Source: Rebecca billardiae RCC1528 (taxonomy: Eukaryota > Protista > Haptophyta). From it: a stretch of 64,000 nucleotides of DNA. The stretch lies in contig OZ251226.1 of the NCBI GenBank assembly GCA_965240325.2, positions 1,488,001-1,552,000 on the forward strand, written 5' to 3'. Shown here piece after piece: positions 27,001 to 36,691 of the stretch. The notes under the pieces were generated by a model. That model worked only from the letters and a program-made list of their open reading frames with translations. It was not told where the DNA came from and did no database searches. Made by a program: the position numbers and the translations under genes. Numbering within the stretch: the first letter of the stretch is position 1; each line of letters begins with the position of its first letter.

Positions 27001-30000
27001 TCACGCCCGGCACCGTCATGTCCGTGATCGCCACCGCGATCTGCAGCGGCTCCACAGCCGCCTTGAGCGCGCCGAGCCACGTGCCGTCGCCCACATTCGG
27101 CATGCTTCCTTGGCCCTCTCCTGCAGCGCGAAGTGCCTGGAGGATCTCTGTCGTCTGCATCGGGAGCATGCTCTCCGTGGGCATGTTCTGGCTGTAGCCG
27201 ATCCCGTTGGTGACGCTGTTCGCTGCAATCGATGGTGCGGTGGGCTGGGAGTACGCGTGCCCTTCGCCTTGCTGGCTCTGCTGCACCGCCAGAAAGGGCT
27301 GCTGAGCCGCATCGCTGTTCAGCTGGCCATTTTGCTGCGCGCCAGCATACCCATTGGCTGCAGCCCAGGGAAGAAAAGTCGACACGTGCTCCTCGTCTTC
27401 TGGCGCAGGTATTTCTGCTATGTAGTCACCGTCAGCTGCGATGTCCGCGAGCATCTCGTCGTGGTGGTCGGCGTACCTGTCCACGCCCTGCATGTCGCTC
27501 GCCGCCTCGGGTACAACTTCTCGAGCCTCGAGCGCGCGCTGCAGCAGCTCGTCCTCCGTCTTGCCAAAGTCGGCGTTGGATGTCCGTTTGCGGTGCTTTG
27601 GCCCGACCCGCTCTGATCTGTGCTGCACCTCGACCTCCGACGGCAGCAGCTGCAGCAGCTGACCCAGCTTCGCCAACCGCTCCTTCAAGTCGCTGCCGCC
27701 CGCCACCTCGAACTGCACGCCAAAGCACAAGCGGTACACGCCGTTCGAGTCGTGCAGCGGGCGCATCGACAGCAGGTTCTGGAACGTCTCGCCGTTCTTG
27801 CGGTAGTTGGTGATCTTCACGAAGCAGTCCGCGCCGCGACGGAGCGTGTCCTGGATGATCGCCACAGACGCCGGCTCCGTGCGCGGGCCCTGCAAGAAGC
27901 GGCAGTTCCGACCCTGCGCCTCGCGCTTCGCGAAGCCGGTCACGCGGCAGAACTCGCGGTTCACGAACAGCATCGGGTTGCCCGGCATCGCCATGTCCGA
28001 CAGCACGATGCACACCTTGAACGTCTCCGCGAACGCGACGAACGAGTGGATGAAGCCAGACAGGTCATCCGGCACCTTGTACTTGTCCCAGATCAGGTCC
28101 TTGCGCTGCTTGATCCGCTGGCTGCCCACGGCCGCATCGACGATCGGCTCGCACGCTGATGACTTGATGAACTCGGGCAGCACCTCGCGAGCCAGCTTCA
28201 TCTTGATCTCAGCGGCCCTCCTGTCCACGCTCGAGAAGTCGAGTGCCTTGGCCTGCGCCGTACTCAGCCCGAGGTACTTCTCGCAGATCGTGCGCTTGAG
28301 GATGTCGCGGCTTGCCCCAGACATGCCGCCGAGCTTGCGCGACTCCAGCCAGAATTCGAACTCGTTCGCCTCCGCCGTGCCGGACAGGTACGAACGCAAC
28401 GCTGCCAGTGCATTCGAGTCTACCACAAGCCAGTCCAAACAAGCTTGGGCTTCCAGCGTCCACTGCAGCTTCGTGAAGAGCACCTGAGCAGCACGGAACT
28501 GCTTGTCCTTCGCCATGTCGTTCACAACGACGTCGGGAGCGAAAGTCTGCGGCTGGGCGTCCGCGGGCATGCGCCGCGGCAGCAGCTCGCGCAGCGCCGA
28601 CAGCGCCTGCTGCTCCTCCGCCGTCTGCTCCTCCGCGCACGACAGCACGCCCAGCGAGTACCGGTACTCGCCGTTCGTGTCCATCACCGGCGTGAGCGAC
28701 AGGTCGTTCGTGAAGCGAGAGCCGTCCTTGCGGTAGTTGGTCACCTGCACGTGCAGCTCCTTCTTCTTGCGCAGCGCGCGGACCATCTGCGAGACGATGT
28801 TCGGCTCCGTCTGCTCGCCCTGCAAGAAGCGGCAGTTCCGGCCCTCGACCTCGTGCTTCGGGTAGCCCGTCACGCGCGTGAAGCCGTCGTTGCAGTACTG
28901 CACGATCACGCCCGGCACCGTCATGTCCGTGACGGCGACCGCGAACGGCAGGGCATCGACCGCCGCCTTGAGCGCGCCGAGCCACGTGCCGTCACCCGCT
29001 GTCGGCATGCCGCCACGGCCGTCGCCCGCGCCCAACAGAGCCTGCAAAAGGTCGATCGTGTCTTGGGGCAAGGCCGATGCCTCACCCTCGAAGTTGTCGA
29101 GTCCAGCGTCGCCTTCTTGCGCGATGTCTGCGAGCATCTCGTCGTGGTGGTCGGCGTACCTGTCCACGCCCTGCATGTCGCTCGCCGCCTCGGGTACGAC
29201 TTCTCGAGCCTCGAGCGCGCGCTGCAGCAGCTCGTCCTCCGTCTTGCCAAAGTCGGCGTTGGATGTCCGTTTGCGGTGCTTTGGCCCGACCCGCTCTGAT
29301 CTGTGCTGCACCTCGACCTCCGACGGCAGCAGCTGCAGCAGCTGACCCAGCTTCGCCAACCGCTCCTTCAAGTCGCTGCCGCCCGCCACCTCGAACTGCA
29401 CGCCAAAGCACAAGCGGTACACGCCGTTCGAGTCGTGCACCGGACGCATCGACAGCAGGTTCTGGAACGTCTCGCCGTTCTTGCGGTAGTTGGTGATCTT
29501 CACGAAGCAGTCCGCGCCGCGACGGAGCGTGTCCTGGATGATCGCCACAGACGCCGGCTCCGTGCGCGGGCCCTGCAAGAAGCGGCAGTTCCGACCCTGC
29601 GCCTCGCGCTTCGCGAAGCCGGTCACGCGGCAGAACTCGCGGTTCACGAACAGCATCGGATTGCCCGGCATCGCCATGTCCGACAGCACGATGCACACCT
29701 TGAACGTCTCCGCGAACGCGACGAACGAGTGGATGAAGCCAGACAGGTCATCCGGCACCTTGTACTTGTCCCAGATCAGGTCCTTGCGCTGCTTGATGCG
29801 CTGGCTGCCCACGGCCGCATCGACGATCGGCTCGCACGCTGATGACTTGATGAACTCGGGCAGCACCTCGCGAGCCAGCTTCATCTTGATCTCAGCGGCC
29901 CTCCTGTCCACGCTCGAGAAGTCGAGTGCCTTGGCCTGCGCCGTACTCAGCCCGAGGTACTTCTCGCAGATCGTGCGCTTGAGGATGTCGCGGCTCGCCC

Positions 30001-33000
30001 CAGACATGCCGCCGAGCTTGCGCGACTCCAGCCAGAATTCGAACTCGTTCGCCTCCGCCGTGCCGGACAGGTACGAACGCATGGCAGACAAAGCCTTTGC
30101 ATCCTGCACGAGCCGATCCAAGCTCGCTTCGGCGTCGAGCGTCCACTGCAGCTTCGTGAAGAGCACCTGAGCAGCACGGAACTGCTTGTCCTTCGCCATG
30201 TCGTTCACAACGACGTCGGGAGCGAAAGTCTGCGGCTGGGCGTCCGCGGGCATGCGCCGCGGCAGCAGCTCGCGCAGCGCCGACAGCGCCTGCTGCTCCT
30301 CCGCCGTCTGCTCCTCCGCGCACGACAGCACGCCCAACGAGTACCGGTACTGGCCGTTCGTGTCCATCACCGGCGTGAGCGACAGGTCGTTCGTGAAGCG
30401 AGAGCCGTCCTTGCGGTAGTTCGTCACCTGCACGTGCAGCTCCTTCTTCTTGCGCAGCGCGCGGACCATCTGCGAGACGATGTTCGGCTCCGTCTGCTCG
30501 CCCTGCAAGAAGCGGCAGTTCCGGCCCTCGACCTCGTGCTTCGGGTAGCCGGTCACGCGCGTGAAGCCGTCGTTGCAGTACTGCACGATCACGCCCGGCA
30601 CCGTCATGTCCGTGACGGCGACCGCGAACGGCAGGGCATCGACCGCCGCCTTGAGCGCGCCGAGCCACGTGCCGTCGCCCACGCTCGGCATCGCGCCCTT
30701 GCCATCACCTGCTGCGCGAAGCGCGAGTAAGATGTCCGCCGATGGCCGCGGAACGCCCGCCGAAGGGATGTCGGCGCCGACACGAGAGGCAACGACGCCC
30801 ATAGGGCTGGATGGAGCGAGGTGGGAAGGCGCAGTCTGTGGTGCAGCAATGGCCGGGGCACCAACAGCTCTGGAGGGCACGCCCGTGCCAGTCTGTGGCG
30901 TCTCGTCGAACGGCAGGCTGCCGCCCGTGATCTCCGCCATCATCTCGTCGTGGTGGTCGGCGAAGCGGTCGGCGCCCTGCATGTCCTGAGCTCCGCTGGG
31001 CATCACTGCGATCTCCTCCATGGCCACCTTGAGCATCTCGGCCTCGGACTTGCCCATCTCCTTGGGAAGTCGCTCCTTGCGGTGCTTCGGCCCGACCCGC
31101 TCCGATCTGTGCTGCACCTGCACCTCGGACGGCAGCAGCTGCAGCAGCTGACCCAGCTTCGCCAACCGCTCCTTCATGTCGCTCCCGCCCGCCACCTCGA
31201 ACTGCACGCCAAAGCACAGGCGGTACACGCCGTTCGAGTCGTGCACCGGACGCATCGACAGCAGGTTCTGGAACGTCTCGCCGTTCTTGCGGTAGTTGGT
31301 GATCTTCACAAAGCAGTCCGCGCCGCGACGGAGCGTGTCCTGGATGATCGCCACAGACGCCGGCTCCGTGCGCGGGCCCTGCAAGAAGCGGCAGTTCCGC
31401 CCCTGCGCCTCGTGCTTCGCAAAGCCCGTCACGCGGCAGAACTCGCGGTTCACGAACAGCATGGCGTTGCCAGGCATCGCCATGTCCGAAAGCACGATGC
31501 ACGCCGGGAACGTCTCCGCGAACGCGACGAACGAGTGGATGAAGCCAGCCAGGTCCTCCGGCACCTTGTACTTGTCCCAGATCAGCTCCTTGCGCTGCTT
31601 GATGCGCTGGCTGCCCACGGCCGCATCGACGATCGGCTCGCATGCGGGCGAGCGCACAAACCGCGGCAGCGCGTCGCCTGCAAGCTTCTTCCCGAGTTCG
31701 ACCACTTTGCGCGCGACACCGTCCATGTCCATCGCCTTCGCCTGCGCGCTCGTCATCTTGAGGTACTTCTCGCAGATCTTGCGCTTGTGCACGTCGCGCG
31801 AGCCGCCCTTCATGCTGGCCAGCTTGCGCGCCTCGATCCAGAACTCGAGCTCGTTCTCCTCACCGGTCGGCTTCAGGAACGAGCGGAGCGCGTTGAGTGC
31901 TGAAGAGTCATCCGCCAAGCGCGTAAGTGTCGCATCGGCGTCGAGCGTCCACTGCAGCTTGGTGAAGAGCAGCTGCGCGTCGCGGAACTGCCTGTCCTTC
32001 GCCTCGTCGTCGACAGCCTCCTCCTTCGCGAAGGCGGTCGGCTGTGCAGCTGCGGGCATGCGCCGCGGCAGCAGCTCGCGCAGCGCCGACAGCGCCTGCT
32101 GCTCCCCGGTGGACTGCGTCTCCGCGCACGACAGCACGCCCAACGAGTACCGGTACTCGCCGTTCGTGTCCATCACCGGCGTGAGCGACAGGTCGTTCGT
32201 GAAGCGAGAGCCGTCCTTGCGGTAGTTCGTCACCTGCACGTGCAGCTCCTTCTTCTTGCGCAGCGCGCGGACCATCTGCGAGACGATGTTCGGCTCCGTC
32301 CGGTCGCCCTGCAGGAAGCGGCAGTTCCGGCCCTCGACCTCGTGCTTCGGGTACCCCGTCACGCGCGTGAAGCCGGCGTTGCAGTACATCACCGTCACAC
32401 CCGGCACCGTCATGTCCGTGATCGCCACCGCGATCGGCAAGGTGTCGACCGCCGCCTTGAGCGCGCCGAGCCACGTGCCATCTCCGGCAGTCGAGACATC
32501 GCTGGCCCCGTCGGCCGTAGCCTGGAGGGCTCGGAGGAGCTCCACCGAGGCGGACGGCAGCTGGAAGTCCGTTGGATCAGCATGGCTGCCGCCGGACGCA
32601 GCCGGTACTGGAGCGAGCTCGACGCCGTTGATCTCCGCGAGCATCTCGTCGTGGTGGTCGGCGTAGCGGTCGGCGCCCTGCATGTCCTGAGCTCCGCTGG
32701 GCATCACCGCGATCTCCTCCATGGCCACCTTGAGCATCTCGGCCTCGGACTTGCCCGTCTCCGCGGGCAGCCGCTGCTTGCGGTGCTTCGGCCCGACCCG
32801 CTCCGACCTGTGCTGCACCTCGACCTCCGACGGCAGCAGCTCCAGCAGCTGACCCAGCTTCGCCAACCGCTCCTTCAGGTCGCTCCCGCCCGCCACCTCG
32901 AACTGCACGCCAAAGCACAGGCGGTACACGCCGTTCGAGTCGTGCACCGGACGCATCGACAGCAGGTTCTGGAACGTCTCGCCGTTCTTGCGGTAGTTGG

Positions 33001-36000
33001 TGATCTTCACGAAGCAGTCCGCGCCGCGACGGAGCGTGTCCTGGATGATCGCCACAGACGCCGGCTCCGTGCGCGGGCCCTGCAAGAAGCGGCAGTTCCG
33101 ACCCTGCGCCTCGTGCTTCGCAAAGCCGGTCACGCGGCAGAAGTCGCGGTTCACGAACAGCATCGGGTTGCCGGGCAGCGCCATGTCCGACAGCACGATG
33201 CACGCTGGGAACGTCTCCGCGAACGCGACGAACGAGTGGATGAAGCCAGCCATGTCCTCCGGGACCTTGTACTTGTCCCAGATCAGGTCCTTGCGCTGCT
33301 TGATCCGCTGGCTGCCCACGGCCGCCTCGACGATCGGCTCGCATGCGGGCGAGCGCACAAACCGCGGCAACGCGTCGCTCGCGAGCTTCTTGCCAAGCTC
33401 AGCCACCCTCTGGTCGACGCCGTCCATGTCCATCGCCTTCGCCTGCGCGCTCGTCATCTTGAGGTACTTCTCGCAGATCTTGCGCTTGTGCACGTCGCGC
33501 GAGCCGCCCTTCATGCTGGCCAGCTTGCGCGCCTCGATCCAGAACTCGAGCTCGTCGTCCTCGCCGGTCTCCTTGAGGAACGAGCTGAACGCATCGCGAG
33601 CGTGCTGATCGGTCGTCAGCCGCTCCAGGCTCGACTCCGAGTCGAGCGTCCACTGCAGCTTGGTGAAGAGCAGCTGCGCCGAGCGAAACTGCCTGTCCTT
33701 CGCCTCGTCGTCGACAGCCTCCTCCTTCGCGAAGGCGGTCGGCTGTGCAGCTGCGGGCATGCGCCGCGGCAGCAGCTCGCGCAGCGCCGACAGCGCCTGC
33801 TGCTCCTCCGCCGTCTGCTCCTCCGCGCACGACAGCACGCCCAGCGAGTACCGGTACTGGCCGTTCGTGTCCATCACCGGTGTGAGCGACAGGTCGTTCG
33901 TGAAGCGAGAGCCGTTCTTGCGGTAGTTCGTCACCTGCACGTGCAGCTCCTTCTTCTTGCGCAGCGCGCGGACCATCTGCGAGACGATGTTCGGCTCCGT
34001 CTGCTCGCCCTGCAGGAAGCGGCAGTTCCGGCCCTCGACCTCGTGCTTCGGGTAGCCGGACACGCGCGTGAAGCCGTCGTTGCAGTGCATCACCGTCACA
34101 CCCGGCACCGTCATGTCCGTGATCGCCACCGCGATCTGCAGTGGCTCGACCGCCGCCTTGAGCGCGCTGAGCCACGTGCCGTCACCCACGACGGGCATGC
34201 CGCCCTGTCCATCCCCGGCTGCGCGGAGGGCGCGGAGGATGTCCACGGTCGGCCTTGGCAACGAAGCGGACCCGATTTCGTCGGGGCCTGCGCTCGGCCC
34301 GCTCGTTGCGCCATCGTCATCATCGATGGCCTGCGCTGCCATATTCGCCGCCGCCATGACCTTCGTCGCGTCCTTAAGATGCGTGCGCAGCGACTCGAGC
34401 TCCTCGCTGCCCACCTCCGTCTGCAGCTGCCTCACGTCGCGCAGGCGGATCGTGTTCTTCTTCTTCGGCGCGAAGACGCGATGCAGGGTTGTCAGGACGT
34501 ACGCTGTGCTCGCCAACGCCTCGAAAGCGCTGGCGCTCTCGCCCTCTTCCGCGGCCGCCTCGCCCGTGCTGCGCACGTTGCGGCCGGCCAGAATGCCGAT
34601 GAAGCGCTTCGAGCAGAAGAGCACGACGCAGCCGAGGTCGGAGATGAAGAAGGGCGCCGTCGACTCGGACGATGGCTGGATGTTCGTCATGCCGGCGAGC
34701 GCGTTGAGCGAGGCGGCGAGCACGCTTGGGCGACGCGCAGAAACGCTCGGGCGGCGGGGCGCTGCAGGTGATGCGCTGCCAGCGTCAGCCATGGGCTGGC
34801 TGCCGCGGCGCGCCGTGCCGCTCACGTGCTGCGTGACGGCGAAAAGCGAGCTGCCGACAATCGAGTTGGTGCGCAACGCGCGTCGCAGAGCGTGATCCTC
34901 GGGTGGCACCGGAGCGTCATGCGGTGATGTGCTCGGCCGGTGCGGCGCACTGTCGCCAGCAAACGCCCTGAGCCCGGTGTAGATCTCGTCCATCACCGCA
35001 TTGGCCTCGGCGTAGGTCAGCTGGCACTCATTCATCAGGATGTCTTCGAGTGCGAGATTCTCTTGCCGCAGGCGCTCGTTGATTGGCAGCGAGTCGCGCG
35101 CCTCCGCCGAGAGCTTCTTCATGAAGAGGTCACGCAGCTTGGCGAGGCCCTCCTCCGCGCGCGGCAGTCGGAGGATGGAGCGCACGAAGAGCTTCGCCGC
35201 CTCCCCGGATGCGGCCACCGCTTCTTCTTCCTCGGCGTTGTCGTCAATCGAGCCCGGCGGTGTTTCGCCATCGAAGTCCGACTCCTGGGACGACATGTCG
35301 TCGAGATCGGACTGGCTGCAGCTGTCGCCGTCGGAGTCCTGCGTCTCCTTCGAGTAGTTGGCAATCCAGTCGTCCGTCGCCTTGTCGAGATAGCGTGCGA
35401 GAATGCGTGCGGCTCGGGTAAACATGTGCACATGCTTGCTGAGCGCCTTGAGGCTGACGGTGATCGGCTGCCGCAGCGCCTGCTTGGTCTCGCGCAGCGT
35501 CATCCGTCGCTCGCCGTGCTCCTTGAGCTTGCGGTCGATGCGGTACAGATTGACCGACTTCGCCTCCTCGTAAGCTTCGCGTAGCTCGTCATCGTCTGCG
35601 TAGCCCTCGGGCAGGTGCGCTCCGCACATCTGTACGATGAGCGCGGCCGTGTCGAGGTTGGTCTCGAGCGCGGGCACGAGCGGCGACGCGCCCCAGCGGT
35701 CGAGCGCCATCACGTCCGCGCGCGCGGCGACAAGCACAGCCGCCCCCGAGATGGCGCCCGCAGATGCGACGCGGTGGAAGGCGGTGCGTCCGTCGTAATC
35801 ACTGGCGTCCACCCCCACGCCCATGTCGACGAGGAAGCGCAGAATGTCGACATCCGATGCGACCGCTGCGTCGCGCAGGGCCTTCTCCATGCGCACCGGG
35901 TCCGCGCGCGAGTTGGCCTCGGCGAGCATGCGCGCGACGTGGAGGTGCTGGTTCTGGATGGCGTCGTCGATCGGCTTGCGCCCGCGCTTGTCCTCCGCGT

Positions 36001-36625
36001 TCACGTCCGCGAGGTGCGACATCAGGTGCTCGACGACGCGCACGTTGCCGTCCGCCGCGGCGATGTGCAGCGCGGTGCGGTCGTCGTAGTTCTTTGCCTG
36101 CACGTCGATGCCGTACGCGAGGATCATCGACATGTACGTGAGGTCGCCGTCACTCGCCGCCTTGTGCATCCACGCGGCGGGGTGCTCGACGTCGATCTCC
36201 GCGCCGAAGCTGCTCAGCACGCTCGCCACGTTGTCATGCCGCATATCAATCGCGTCGCGCATCGGCGTGCAGCCCCAGCGGTCCTTGGCGTTGACGTCGG
36301 CGCCGAGCTCGCACAGCAGCTGCACCACCTTGAAGCTGCCGTCGGCGGCGGCGAGGTGCATCGTCGTGCGCGCGTCGTAGCCCGACATGTTCAGGTCGAA
36401 GCCGCGGCCGGCGAGCGTGCGCACAGTCTCGACGTCGCCCTGCATCGCCGCCGCCGACATCTGCGCGAAGGCCGCCTGGTTGCGCTCGATGATGGTCTGG
36501 CGGATCTTCTCCTTGAGCTCCTCCGCCTCCTCGTCCGCGTTCTTGGCATCGTCGTCGTCAGCATCACCGCCAGCACCGCCGGCGGCACCGGTGCCAGCTG
36601 CGCCGGCAGCGCCACCGCTTGCAGT

Positions 36626-36691
<66 letters not shown>

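Noticed and set aside
2689-27092. Array as satellite DNA, CRISPR or tandem transposon
   Set aside because: Periods are multiples of 3 and encode intact domains, with no repeat-spacer structure, terminal repeats or transposase.
2682-34175. Repeated 245-, 178- and 258-aa minus ORFs and 232-aa plus ORFs as a tandem gene family
   Set aside because: Off-frame translations with no domain motifs; the LOV/RGS frame runs through without stops.
2689-34260. Calling the gene phototropin, aureochrome or helmchrome
   Set aside because: No kinase or bZIP domain is seen in the window, and helmchrome as I know it has no channel or ankyrin modules. No gene symbol assigned.
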